A stretch of DNA of 64,000 nucleotides, from assembly GCA_963738365.1 (NCBI GenBank), contig CAVTWH010000004.1:2711-66710 (forward strand), read 5' to 3'. Shown in pieces: positions 19,171 to 27,699 of this stretch. The notes beneath the pieces were generated by a model. That model was not told the origin of the DNA and searched no databases. It saw only the letters and a list, made by a program, of their open reading frames with translations. Source of the stretch: an uncultured Actinomycetota bacterium (lineage in GTDB: Bacteria > Actinomycetota > Actinomycetes > Mycobacteriales > Micromonosporaceae). How positions within the stretch are numbered: position 1 is the first letter of the stretch; each line of letters opens with the position of its first letter. The translations under genes were made by a program, and so were the position numbers.

Positions 19171-19851
19171 ATGGCAAAGATCTTCAGTGTGGCGGGCAAG
19201 GTCGTCCTCGGCCGGTTGCTCGACCCGGTGGCGAACACCCTCCTGCGGCTGCGGGTCACCCCCAACATGGTGACCACCGCCGGTACCGTCGGCGTGCTGG
19301 TCGGCGCGCTCGGCTTCGCGACGCGCGGCCACTTCATCATCGGCCTCACCATCGTCACGCTCAGTTGCTTCACGGACACAATAGACGGGCTGATGGCCCG
19401 CAAGCGCGGCGGTACCGGCAAGTTCGGCGCGCTGCTCGACTCGTCGATGGACCGCATCTCCGACGGCGCGATCTTCGGCTCGGTCGCCTACTGGCTGGCC
19501 ACCCAGCACCGCTACTGGGCCATGGCGGCGGCCCTGCTGTCCCTGGTCACCGGCCAGGTCGTCTCCTATGTCAAGGCGCGCGCCGAGGGCCTGGGGTATA
19601 CGGCCAACGTCGGCATCGCCGAGCGCACCGAGCGGCTGATCCTGGCCGGCATCGGCGGCCTCGGCCAGGGGCTGGGCCTGTGGTATGTGCTCGACGCGGC
19701 GCTGTGGGTGCTGTTCGTCCTCGGCGCGATCACCGTCGGCCAGCGGATGTGGAGCGTCTACCAGCAGGACCGGGCCGCCCACCCGTTCACCCCGCCGCCC
19801 GGTCCGGCGACCGGCGGGGCCGGCAGTCCGGCCGCGGCGGCCCGGCGGTGA
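19171..19851 (+). CDS. pgsA: CDP-alcohol phosphatidyltransferase (phosphatidylinositol phosphate synthase)
   Basis: Motif DTIDGLMARKRGGTGKFGALLDSSMDRISD. ATG 19171 (MAKIFSV). Conserved position ahead of the PIM acyltransferase and pimA. Confidence 0.9.
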   Translation: MAKIFSVAGKVVLGRLLDPVANTLLRLRVTPNMVTTAGTVGVLVGALGFATRGHFIIGLTIVTLSCFTDTIDGLMARKRGGTGKFGALLDSSMDRISDGAIFGSVAYWLATQHRYWAMAAALLSLVTGQVVSYVKARAEGLGYTANVGIAERTERLILAGIGGLGQGLGLWYVLDAALWVLFVLGAITVGQRMWSVYQQDRAAHPFTPPPGPATGGAGSPAAAARR

Positions 19852-20786
19852 CGCTGCGCCGCGGCGCCCCGCCGGCCCGGGAACGGCTCGCCGGCTGGGG
19901 GTACGCGGCGGGCTGGGCCGGGATCCGGGCGCTGCCCGCTCCGGTGGCCGCCGCCGGCTTCCGGGCCGGCGCCGACTGGGCGGTCCGCCGCGGCGGCCCC
20001 AGCGTCGACCGGCTGCGGGCCAACCTGGCCCGGGTGGTCGACACCGAGGAAGACCTTGATCTTCTGGTACGCGACGCGATGCGCTCCTACCTGCGCTACT
20101 GGCTGGAGGCGTTCCGGCTGCCGTCGGTCCCCGCCGACCGGCTCACCACGATGTTCCAGCTGGTCGACGGCGGTGAGCAGGTGCTGGCCGACGGGGTGGC
20201 CGCCGGCCGGGGCATGGTCGTCGCGCTGCCGCACGCCGGCAACTGGGACGCCGCCGGGGCGTACGTGGCCGGGCACGGCTGGCCGATCGTCACGGTCGCC
20301 GAACGGCTCCGTCCGGAGAGCCTCTACCAGCGCTTCCTCGCCTTCCGGGAGACGCTGGGCATGGAGATCCTGCCGCTGCACGGCGGCGTCCGCCCGCCGC
20401 TGGACGTGCTCACCGAGAAGCTGGCCGACGGGTACATCGTGCCGCTGCTGGCCGACCGGGACCTGTCCGCGCGCGGCGTCCAGGTGCGCTTCTTCGGCGG
20501 GCGTACCCGGATGCCGGCCGGCCCGGCCGTGCTGGCCCTGCGCACCGGCGCCCCGCTGTTCACCGTCGACATGTGGTACGAGCCCGCAGGCCCCCGGGGG
20601 CGCCTGCGCGGGCCGCTGGCGTTGCCCACCGAAGGTGCCCTGGACGAGCGGGTCCGCGCCACCACCCAGCTGATCGCCGACAACCTGGCGGTGGGCATCG
20701 CCGCCCATCCGGTCGACTGGCACATGCTGGCGCGCCTCTGGCTGGATGAGCCGGTACCCGCCGCCTCCGACGCACGGAGCGGCTGA
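19848..20786 (+). CDS. patA: phosphatidylinositol mannoside acyltransferase (LpxL/HtrB family)
   Basis: This is the last 312 codons of ORF 19086..20786. GTG 19848 overlaps the pgsA TGA (GTGA). It has an HAGNWD acyltransferase motif, and the symbol rests on synteny with mycobacterial Rv2611c. Confidence 0.8.
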   Translation: MTLRRGAPPARERLAGWGYAAGWAGIRALPAPVAAAGFRAGADWAVRRGGPSVDRLRANLARVVDTEEDLDLLVRDAMRSYLRYWLEAFRLPSVPADRLTTMFQLVDGGEQVLADGVAAGRGMVVALPHAGNWDAAGAYVAGHGWPIVTVAERLRPESLYQRFLAFRETLGMEILPLHGGVRPPLDVLTEKLADGYIVPLLADRDLSARGVQVRFFGGRTRMPAGPAVLALRTGAPLFTVDMWYEPAGPRGRLRGPLALPTEGALDERVRATTQLIADNLAVGIAAHPVDWHMLARLWLDEPVPAASDARSG

Positions 20787-20787
20787 C

Positions 20788-21912
20788 GTGCGCATCGGCA
20801 TGGTCAGCCCGTACTCGTTCGACATCCCGGGCGGGGTGCAGAACCACGTCCGGGACCTCAGCGAGACGCTGCTCGCGCTCGGCCACCAGGTCAGCGTGCT
20901 GGCCCCGGCCGACGACGACGAGGCGCTGCCGCCGTACGTGGTCTCCGCCGGTCGGGCCGTGCCGGTGCCGTACAACGGGTCGGTGGCCCGGCTGGCCTTC
21001 GGCCCGATCTCCGCCGCCCGGGTACGCCGCTGGCTGGCCGACGGCGACTTCGACGTGCTGCACGTGCACGAGCCGTTCAGCCCGAGCCTGGCCATGCTCG
21101 CCGTGATGTACGCCAAGACCCCGGTGGTGGCCACCTTCCACACCGCGATTACCCGGTCCCGGGCAATGGCCGCCGCCCAGGGGGTCCTGCAACTGCTCCT
21201 GGAGAAGATCACCGCGCGGATCGCGGTGAGTGACCTCGCCCGCCGGGTAGCCGTCGAGCACATGGCCAGCGGCGCCTGGGAGATCCCCAACGGCGTCGCG
21301 GTGTCCCGCTTCGCCCACGCCGTACCACTGCCCGGCTGGCCCGGCCCCGGCGGCGCACTGGGGTTCCTGGGCCGGTTCACCGAGCCGCGCAAGGGCTTCG
21401 CCACCCTGCTGGCCGCCTTCGACCGCCTCGCCCCGGTCCGCCCGGGGCTGCGCCTGCTGGTGGCCGGTCCGGGGGAGCCGGCGGAGGCCGAGGTGCCCGA
21501 CCACCTGGCGGGTCGGGTGTGTTTCCTCGGCACGGTCTCCGAGGCCGACAAGCCCCGCATGCTCAGCAGCGTCGACCTGTACGTGGCGCCCAACACCGGC
21601 GGCGAGTCGTTCGGGATGATCCTCACCGAGGCGATGGCGGCCGGCACCCCGGTGGTCGCCAGCGACCTGGACGCCTTCCGCCGGGTCCTGGACGGCGGCC
21701 GGGCCGGCGCGCTGTTCCCGGTCGAGGACGCCGCGGCGCTCGCCGCGACGGTGGCCGGCCTGCTGGACGACCCGGTCGAGCGGGCCCGGCTGTCGGCGCA
21801 CGCCAGCCTGGTGGTGAGCGCCTTCGACTGGCCGGCGGTCGCCGAGCGGGTGGCCGAGGTGTACGCCGCCGCCATCGAGGCCACCCCGCAGCTCGCCACC
21901 GACGCCGACTGA
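20788..21912 (+). CDS. pimA: GT4 glycosyltransferase, phosphatidylinositol alpha-mannosyltransferase
   Basis: VRIGMVSPYSFDIPGGVQNHV at the N-terminus and the ESFGMILTEAMAAGTPVVASD GT-B motif. GTG 20788 lies 1 nt after the upstream stop. Confidence 0.9.
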   Translation: MRIGMVSPYSFDIPGGVQNHVRDLSETLLALGHQVSVLAPADDDEALPPYVVSAGRAVPVPYNGSVARLAFGPISAARVRRWLADGDFDVLHVHEPFSPSLAMLAVMYAKTPVVATFHTAITRSRAMAAAQGVLQLLLEKITARIAVSDLARRVAVEHMASGAWEIPNGVAVSRFAHAVPLPGWPGPGGALGFLGRFTEPRKGFATLLAAFDRLAPVRPGLRLLVAGPGEPAEAEVPDHLAGRVCFLGTVSEADKPRMLSSVDLYVAPNTGGESFGMILTEAMAAGTPVVASDLDAFRRVLDGGRAGALFPVEDAAALAATVAGLLDDPVERARLSAHASLVVSAFDWPAVAERVAEVYAAAIEATPQLATDAD

Positions 21913-21938
21913 CCGCGCCCCCGCTACGCTCTGCGCTC

Positions 21939-22457
21939 ATGTGGTGGATCGTCGGCGTGGTGGCCGTGGTGGTACTGGCTGCCACCTATGTGACCTGGCT
22001 GGCCGCCCGGGTCGACCGGCTGCACGCCCGGGCCGCCGGGGCGCAGCAGGCGCTCGACGCCCACCTGCTGCGCCGGGCCGCCGCGGCGCTGGAGCTGGCC
22101 GAGGCGGCCGGCGCCGCACCGCTGCGCCGGGCCGCGCACGCCGCGCTGACCAGCGCCCCGACCGACGGCGCGGCAGAGGACCGTTCGGCGGTGGAGAACG
22201 ACCTCACCCGCGCGCTGCGCGAGCTGCCCGCGCCGGTACCGGCGCCGGCCGGGTCCGCGTACGAGGCGGTGGTGGCCGCCAGTCGCCGGGTGGCGCTCGG
22301 CCGCCAGCTGCACAGCGACCTGGTCCGGGACGCCCTCGGTATGCGCCGTCGCCGCCTGGTCCGGCTGCTGCGGCTGACCCGCCGGCACCCGGAACCGCGC
22401 TACTTCGACGTGGACGACCCGATGCTGACCCGGTCCGCGCCGGTGGCCGGCGGCTGA
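21939..22457 (+). CDS. hypothetical membrane-anchored protein
   Basis: ATG 21939 (MWWIVGVVAVVVLAATYVTWL) gives a single N-terminal TM helix followed by an Ala/Arg-rich helical region. No family assigned. Confidence 0.5.
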   Translation: MWWIVGVVAVVVLAATYVTWLAARVDRLHARAAGAQQALDAHLLRRAAAALELAEAAGAAPLRRAAHAALTSAPTDGAAEDRSAVENDLTRALRELPAPVPAPAGSAYEAVVAASRRVALGRQLHSDLVRDALGMRRRRLVRLLRLTRRHPEPRYFDVDDPMLTRSAPVAGG

Positions 22458-22469
22458 GAACGTCCCCGG

Positions 22470-22943
22470 TCAGGACCACTGACCGGGCTGGTAGTCGCCT
22501 GCCGGCTGCCGGCTGATGACGTTCACCCGGTTGTAGGCGTTGATCAGGGCAATGAGGGACACCAGGGCGGCGAGCTGGTCGTCGTCGTAGTGCTGGGCGG
22601 CGGTCGCCCAGGCCTCGTCGGTGACCCCACCGGCGGCGTCGGCGATCCGGGTGCCCTGCTCGGTGAGTTCCAGGGCGGCCCGCTCGGCGTCGGTGAAGAC
22701 GATCGCGTCCCGCCAGGCCGCGACCAGGTTGAGCCGCACGGAGCTCTGTCCCGCGCGGGCGGCGTCCTTGGTGTGCATGTCGGTGCAGGCGCCGCAGCCG
22801 TTGATCTGGCTGGCCCGGATCTTCACCAGCTCCTGCGTGGCGGCCGGCAGCGGCGATTCGGTCAGGACCCGTCCGGACGAGTTGATGTACTTCACGAAGC
22901 TGGCCGCGACGGAGTTGCCGTGGTAGTCGAAGCGGGCGCTCAT
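22470..22943 (-). CDS. carboxymuconolactone decarboxylase / AhpD-like family protein
   Basis: 157 aa with the INGCGACTDMH CxxC motif typical of the AhpD core domain. Confidence 0.85.
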   Translation of the reverse strand: MSARFDYHGNSVAASFVKYINSSGRVLTESPLPAATQELVKIRASQINGCGACTDMHTKDAARAGQSSVRLNLVAAWRDAIVFTDAERAALELTEQGTRIADAAGGVTDEAWATAAQHYDDDQLAALVSLIALINAYNRVNVISRQPAGDYQPGQWS

Positions 22944-23087
22944 GGTGATCTCCCTGGGGTAGTCGCGAGTAGTCCGCTGATATGACGAGCGGCGCGGCAG
23001 GAAGGGGACCGTGGGCGCGGCGTAGCCCGGTCACCTTTGCCCGGTCCGGTCCGTCATCCAGGGGAGAGTTCGAAGGAGGATGTGGCC

Positions 23088-24065
23088 GTGGACGCCAGCG
23101 ACTTTCTGGCCAGCCGATTCGAGGAACACCGCAGCCGTCTCACGGCGGTGGCCCATCGGATGCTCGGTACGCGGGCCGAGGCTGACGACGCCCTCCAGGA
23201 GGCATGGCTGCGGCTGAGCCGCACCGTAACCGGCGACGCCCATACCGGAGACACAGGCACCGGCGACATCGATACCGGCGACATCGATACCGGCGACATC
23301 GATACCGGCGACATCGACAACCTGGGCGGCTGGCTGACCACGGTCGTCGGCCGGATCTGCCTGGACCTGCTCCGGGCCCGCGCCGCACGCCGTGAAGACC
23401 CGCTGGAGCGCCTACCGGACCCGGTCATCGGCCGCGATGACCGCGGCGACCCCGAACAGCAGGCGCTGATCGCCGACTCGGTGGGGCTCGCGCTGCTGGT
23501 GGTGCTGGAGTCACTGAGCCCCGCCGAGCGGCTGGCGTTCGTCCTGCACGACATGTTCGCGGTGCCCTTCGAGGAGATCGCCACGATCGTGGACCGCTCG
23601 CCGGCGACCGCCAAGAAACTGGCCAGCCGGGCACGCCAGCGGGTACGGGGTACGGCGCCGCCGGCCGATCCTGACCCGAGCCGGCACCGCCAGGCGGTCG
23701 AAGCGTTCCTGACCGCCGCGCGTGGCGGTGACTACACCGCGTTGCTGGCCATCCTGGATCCCGACGTGGTGATGCGCATCGACGCCGGGGCCGGCGCCGG
23801 TGGTGGGATGTGGACGATCAGGGGTGCCGCCGAGGTAGCCGGTCGGGCGGGCAGCTTCCAACGGTTCACCGCCGGTCACGCCGTGGAACGGGTGCTGGTC
23901 AACGGAGCCCCGGGGCTGGCCGGGATGCGGGACGGGCGGCCGATATCGATCATGAGTTTCACCGTCAGCGGCGGCAGGATCATCGCCCTCGACATCTTCG
24001 CCGATCCCGACCGGGTCGCCCGACTCGACGCAGCCGGCGGAGGACCGTCCGCGAAGATCATGTGA
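23088..24065 (+). CDS. ECF-type RNA polymerase sigma factor with SnoaL-like C-terminal domain (SigJ-like)
   Basis: Region 2 (DDALQEAWLRLSR ... NLGGWLTTVVGRICLDLLR), region 4 (LSPAERLAFVLHDMFAVPFEEIATIVDRSPATAKKLASRAR) and a C-terminal extension of about 120 aa. GAAGGAGGA SD at 23072..23080. The start is GTG 23088 or GTG 23082. Confidence 0.85.
   Translation: MDASDFLASRFEEHRSRLTAVAHRMLGTRAEADDALQEAWLRLSRTVTGDAHTGDTGTGDIDTGDIDTGDIDTGDIDNLGGWLTTVVGRICLDLLRARAARREDPLERLPDPVIGRDDRGDPEQQALIADSVGLALLVVLESLSPAERLAFVLHDMFAVPFEEIATIVDRSPATAKKLASRARQRVRGTAPPADPDPSRHRQAVEAFLTAARGGDYTALLAILDPDVVMRIDAGAGAGGGMWTIRGAAEVAGRAGSFQRFTAGHAVERVLVNGAPGLAGMRDGRPISIMSFTVSGGRIIALDIFADPDRVARLDAAGGGPSAKIM
23229..23318 (+). 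repeat. in-frame 15-bp tandem repeat (6 units) inside the sigma factor gene
   Basis: The unit is ACCGGCGACATCGAT. Units 3-6 are identical or differ by 1 nt, and units 1-2 are degenerate. It encodes TGDAH-TGDTG-(TGDID)x4 between regions 2.2 and 2.3. Confidence 0.95.
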
Positions 24066-24219
24066 TCGGTGAACGACCTGGACGGTGCTGCGCGCCGGCT
24101 GGACAACACCCGGTGGGGCGGGTGGGCAGGCCACCGCGCCCCGATTGGCTGTCGGATCGGTCCGGCCGGCTGCGTAGCCTTGCCTGTGCGTAGCAGTCCG
24201 CAGCGAGAGAGGGAGCACC

Positions 24220-25119
24220 GTGGCAGAGCACAGCAGTCCGGTCACCGGCACCGGCCGCGTCAAGCGTGGCATGGCCGAAATGCTCAAGGGCGGCGTGATC
24301 ATGGATGTGGTCACCGCCGAGCAGGCCAAGATCGCTGAGGACGCCGGTGCGGTCGCGGTGATGGCGCTGGAGCGGGTACCCGCCGACATCCGCGCCCAGG
24401 GTGGCGTGTCCCGGATGTCCGACCCGGACATGATCGACGGGATCATCAACGCCGTCTCCATCCCGGTGATGGCCAAGGCCCGCATCGGGCACTTCGTCGA
24501 GGCGCAGATCCTGCAGTCCCTCGGCGTGGACTACGTCGACGAGTCGGAGGTGCTCACCCCGGCCGACTACGCCAACCACATCGACAAGTGGGCGTTCACC
24601 GTGCCGTTCGTGTGCGGCGCCACCAACCTCGGCGAGGCGCTGCGCCGGATCACCGAAGGCGCCGCGATGATCCGTTCCAAGGGTGAGGCCGGCACCGGCG
24701 ACGTCTCCAACGCGACCACCCACATGCGCCAGATCCGGGCCGAGATCAAGCGCCTCACCGCGCTGCCCACCGACGAGCTCTACGTCGCCGCCAAGGAGCT
24801 GCAGGCCCCGTACGAGCTGGTCAAGGAGATCGCCGAGACCGGCAAGCTGCCCGTCGTGCTGTTCACCGCGGGCGGCATCGCCACCCCGGCCGACGCCGCG
24901 ATGATGATGCAGCTGGGCGCCGAGGGGGTGTTCGTCGGATCGGGCATCTTCAAGGCCGGCAACCCGGCGCAGCGGGCCGCCGCCATCGTCAAGGCCACCA
25001 CCTTCTACGACGACCCGGACGTGCTGGCCAAGGTGTCACGCGGGCTGGGCGAGGCGATGGTGGGGATCAACGTGGAGGAGATCGCGCAGCCGCATCGGTT
25101 GGCTACGCGGGGCTGGTAG
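24220..25119 (+). CDS. pdxS: pyridoxal 5-prime-phosphate synthase lyase subunit
   Basis: 299 aa with highly conserved PdxS sequence ([11 protein letters not shown]..., [18 protein letters not shown]). Confidence 0.97.
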   Translation: MAEHSSPVTGTGRVKRGMAEMLKGGVIMDVVTAEQAKIAEDAGAVAVMALERVPADIRAQGGVSRMSDPDMIDGIINAVSIPVMAKARIGHFVEAQILQSLGVDYVDESEVLTPADYANHIDKWAFTVPFVCGATNLGEALRRITEGAAMIRSKGEAGTGDVSNATTHMRQIRAEIKRLTALPTDELYVAAKELQAPYELVKEIAETGKLPVVLFTAGGIATPADAAMMMQLGAEGVFVGSGIFKAGNPAQRAAAIVKATTFYDDPDVLAKVSRGLGEAMVGINVEEIAQPHRLATRGW

Positions 25120-25134
25120 GTCCTCTGGCTGGGT

Positions 25135-25212
25135 GGCTTCGTGGGGGCGGGGGTGACCACTCCGGGCGGTCAGGCTTGATCCCTGCGTGGTCACCCCCGC
25201 CCCCACGAAGCC
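25135..25212. repeat. 26-bp perfect inverted repeat (hairpin) after pdxS
   Basis: GGCTTCGTGGGGGCGGGGGTGACCAC (25135..25160) is the exact reverse complement of 25187..25212, with a 26-nt loop. It starts 15 nt after the pdxS stop and has no U-tract. Confidence 0.9.
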
Positions 25213-25294
25213 CGGTGCCGGGCCGCGTCGGTGCGGGCATTGGAGGCGCTGGACTCGCGGGGGCGCTGGGCGCCGGGTTGCCGGCGGAGCGCTG

Positions 25295-25440
25295 GGCGGT
25301 GTCATGGCTGCTCGGCGGGTGTCAGCGTTGGCTCGGCGGTGTCACGGCTGGGCGGTGTCACGGCTGGGCGGTGGCTGGGCTGGGCTGGGCTGGGCGGTGT
25401 CACGGCTGGGCGGTGGCTGGGCTGGGCGGTTTCGGGGCTC
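25295..25440. repeat. degenerate 16-bp tandem repeat array plus (GCTGG)n tract
   Basis: GGCGGTGTCACGGCTG occurs at 25335, 25351 and 25393. Variants lie at 25295, 25314, 25367, 25409 and 25425. A GGCTG pentamer run lies at 25373..25392. Confidence 0.85.
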
Positions 25441-25511
25441 GTGGGTGCTTGGTAGTGGTGCGGGTGGCTGCGGTGTGGGCGCCGGTGGGTGTGGATCTGT
25501 GGGGCTTGCGG

Positions 25512-26156
25512 ATGGGGTGTGTGGTGGGTGGGGAGCCGGTTGTCGGGGTGCTCGCGGTGCAGGGGGATGTCCGGGAGCATCTGCGGGCGTTGGCGGAGTG
25601 TGACGTGGTGGGGCGGCCGGTGCGGCGGGCGGCGGAGTTGGACGCGGTCGATGCGCTGGTGATTCCGGGTGGGGAGTCGACGACGATCTCCAAGCTCTGC
25701 GTGGAGTTCGGGCTGGCCGGGCCGGTGCGGGAGCGGCTGGCGGCGGGGATGCCGGGGTACGGGTCGTGTGCCGGCATGATCCTGCTCGCGGCGCAGGTGC
25801 TGGACGGGCGGCCGGACCAGGTCTGCTTCGGCGGGATCGAGATGACGGTGCGGCGCAACGCGTTCGGGCGGCAGGTCGACTCGTTCGAGGCGCCGGTGGC
25901 GCTGGACGGGCTGGGGGACGAGCCGGTACCGGCGGTATTCATCCGGGCACCTTGGGTCGAAACGGTCAGCGAGCGCGTCGAGGTGCTGGGCCGGGTCGCG
26001 GCCGGGCCGGCCACGGGTAGGATTGTCGCGGTTCGGCAGGGCAGTCTGCTCGCGACCTCCTTCCATCCGGAGCTGACCGGGGACCTGCGCGTCCACCGGC
26101 TGTTTGTGGGAATGGTGCGGGACGCGGTCGCGGTGGCGGGCACCGTCGCCGGGTAG
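25512..26156 (+). CDS. pdxT: pyridoxal 5-prime-phosphate synthase glutaminase subunit
   Basis: The C-terminal 214 codons of ORF 25176..26156 contain [23 protein letters not shown] and GSCAGMILL (catalytic Cys). The start is ATG 25512 or the nearby GTGs at 25521/25524. The upstream in-frame extension is repeat DNA. Confidence 0.88.
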   Translation: MGCVVGGEPVVGVLAVQGDVREHLRALAECDVVGRPVRRAAELDAVDALVIPGGESTTISKLCVEFGLAGPVRERLAAGMPGYGSCAGMILLAAQVLDGRPDQVCFGGIEMTVRRNAFGRQVDSFEAPVALDGLGDEPVPAVFIRAPWVETVSERVEVLGRVAAGPATGRIVAVRQGSLLATSFHPELTGDLRVHRLFVGMVRDAVAVAGTVAG

Positions 26157-26191
26157 ACAGTCGCTGGAAGGCACCGATTTTCGGAGGGGTA

Positions 26192-26947
26192 ATGAGCGGC
26201 CACTCAAAGTGGGCGACGACCAAGCACAAGAAGGCCGCCATCGACGCCAAGCGCGGCAAGCTCTTCGCCCGCCTCATCAAGAACATCGAGGTGGCGGCGC
26301 GCAGCGGCGGCGCGGACCTGGCGGGGAACCCCACCCTCTTCGACGCCGTCCAGAAAGCCAAGAAGAACTCGGTACCCAACGACAACATCGACCGGGCGCT
26401 GAAGCGCGGTGCCGGCCTCGAAGGCGGCGGCGCCGACTGGCAGACCGTCATGTACGAGGGGTACGGCCCGAGCGGCGTGGCGCTGCTCATCGAGTGCCTC
26501 ACCGACAACCGCAACCGGGCGGCCACTGACGTGCGGACCGCGCTCACCCGCAACGGCGGCAGCCTGGCCGACGCCGGCAGCGTGTCCTACCTGTTCTCCC
26601 GCAAGGGTGTGGTGCTGGTCGCCAAGACCGGCGAGCTGACCGAGGACGACGTGCTGCTGGCGGTGCTGGACGCCGGCGCCGAGGAGGTCAACGACCTCGG
26701 GGAGTCGTTCGAGGTGATCAGCGAGCCGACCGACCTGATCGCGGTGCGTACCGCGCTGCAGGGCGCCGGCATCGACTACGAGTCGGCCGAGTCGTCGTTC
26801 GTCCCGAGCGTCACCGTGCCGCTGGACGAGGAGCCCGCCCGCAAGGTCTTCAAGCTCATCGACGTCCTGGACGACTGCGACGACGTCCAGAACGTCTACG
26901 CCAACTTCGACGTCAGTGATGACGTGATGGCGCTCATCGACGCCTGA
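26192..26947 (+). CDS. yebC: YebC/PmpR-family DNA-binding transcriptional regulator
   Basis: 251 aa beginning [25 protein letters not shown], the canonical YebC N-terminus. Confidence 0.95.
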   Translation: MSGHSKWATTKHKKAAIDAKRGKLFARLIKNIEVAARSGGADLAGNPTLFDAVQKAKKNSVPNDNIDRALKRGAGLEGGGADWQTVMYEGYGPSGVALLIECLTDNRNRAATDVRTALTRNGGSLADAGSVSYLFSRKGVVLVAKTGELTEDDVLLAVLDAGAEEVNDLGESFEVISEPTDLIAVRTALQGAGIDYESAESSFVPSVTVPLDEEPARKVFKLIDVLDDCDDVQNVYANFDVSDDVMALIDA

Positions 26948-27008
26948 CAGTCTCGGGTCGTGGATATCCGTTGCTAAAACGTATATCCCTTGGCGGCGGA
27001 GGTGGAGT

Positions 27009-27221
27009 ATGGCTAAGACGCTGCTTGACCTGGACGAGGATCTACTGGCCGAGGCCACGACGGCGCTCGGCACCGTCACCAAGAAGGACACTGTCAACGA
27101 GGCGCTGCGCAAGGTGGTCGAGGACAGTCGCGCCCGTCGGGTCCGAGCACTGCGCAATCTCCAGCGCATCGCTGACGAAGGTGGGTTCAACTTTGACCTG
27201 CTCGATGAGCTCGACCCGTGA
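27009..27221 (+). CDS. vapB: type II antitoxin, VapB family
   Basis: 70 aa beginning MAKTLLDLDEDLLAEATTALGTVTKKDTVNEALRKVV, which resembles the DUF2191/VapB family. SD GGAGGTGGAG at 26998..27007. The stop overlaps the vapC GTG (GTGA). Confidence 0.85.
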   Translation: MAKTLLDLDEDLLAEATTALGTVTKKDTVNEALRKVVEDSRARRVRALRNLQRIADEGGFNFDLLDELDP

Positions 27222-27622
27222 GGTATCTGGTCGATACGAGCGCGCTGGTGCAGATCATTCGCCGGCAGGCGGACCCCCGGTGGTACGACGCGGTCGGCTC
27301 TGGACATCTGGCACTCTGCGAGCCGGTGCTCACGGAGACCCTGACCATCGCGGATGCGAAGTCCTACGACAAGGTGGAGACGCAACTGCGCGACGCCTAT
27401 CCGTGGGTGCCGGTCGTCGACGATGTCTGGAGCGTCGTGGCGTCGGTTCGTCGCGAACTGGCCCAACACAGTCAGCACCATGGCCTGTCCGTAGCGGATT
27501 ACCTGGTGGCGGCGACCGCGATCAGGTTGAAGCTCGTGGTGCTCCACGCGGATGCGGACTTCGAGACGGTGTCCCGGCTCGTGCCCCAACTGAGCCAGGA
27601 ACGGATCACCGGAGGGTTGTGA
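27218..27622 (+). CDS. vapC: type II toxin, PIN-domain ribonuclease VapC
   Basis: 134 aa with PIN acidic residues in LVDTS, CEPVLTE, VADYLVAATA and HADADF. Confidence 0.85.
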   Translation: MRYLVDTSALVQIIRRQADPRWYDAVGSGHLALCEPVLTETLTIADAKSYDKVETQLRDAYPWVPVVDDVWSVVASVRRELAQHSQHHGLSVADYLVAATAIRLKLVVLHADADFETVSRLVPQLSQERITGGL

Positions 27623-27632
27623 ACCCGTCTCG

Positions 27633-27674
27633 TTCGACGTCTCCGACGACGTGATGGCACTCATCGACGCCTGA
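27633..27674 (+). repeat. relic copy of the yebC 3-prime terminus
   Basis: TTCGACGTCTCCGACGACGTGATGGCACTCATCGACGCCTGA compares with 26906..26947 TTCGACGTCAGTGATGACGTGATGGCGCTCATCGACGCCTGA. All differences are synonymous. Confidence 0.9.
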
Positions 27675-27699
27675 CCGGCCCACCGGGACGACCGGGCCG

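Larger units (their letters stand above)
26948..27674 (+). mobile_element. putative inserted vapBC cassette bounded by a duplicated yebC 3-prime end
   Basis: This 727-bp segment carries vapB and vapC. It is bounded by 26906..26947 and 27633..27674, which are 42-bp near-identical copies that both encode [13 protein letters not shown]-stop. By hand count of one 60-nt line it is about 60% GC. Confidence 0.5.

Noticed and set aside
19086-19847. N-terminal 254 codons of ORF 19086..20786.
   Set aside because: This stretch overlaps pgsA in another frame and is Arg/Pro-rich. The acyltransferase homology starts at GTG 19848, which is coupled to the pgsA stop.
25176-25511. In-frame upstream extension of pdxT.
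   Set aside because: It is composed of the hairpin arm and the 16-bp repeat array (GWAV/AGLG repeats). No homologue-like sequence is present. PdxT proteins start near VGVLA(L/V)QG.
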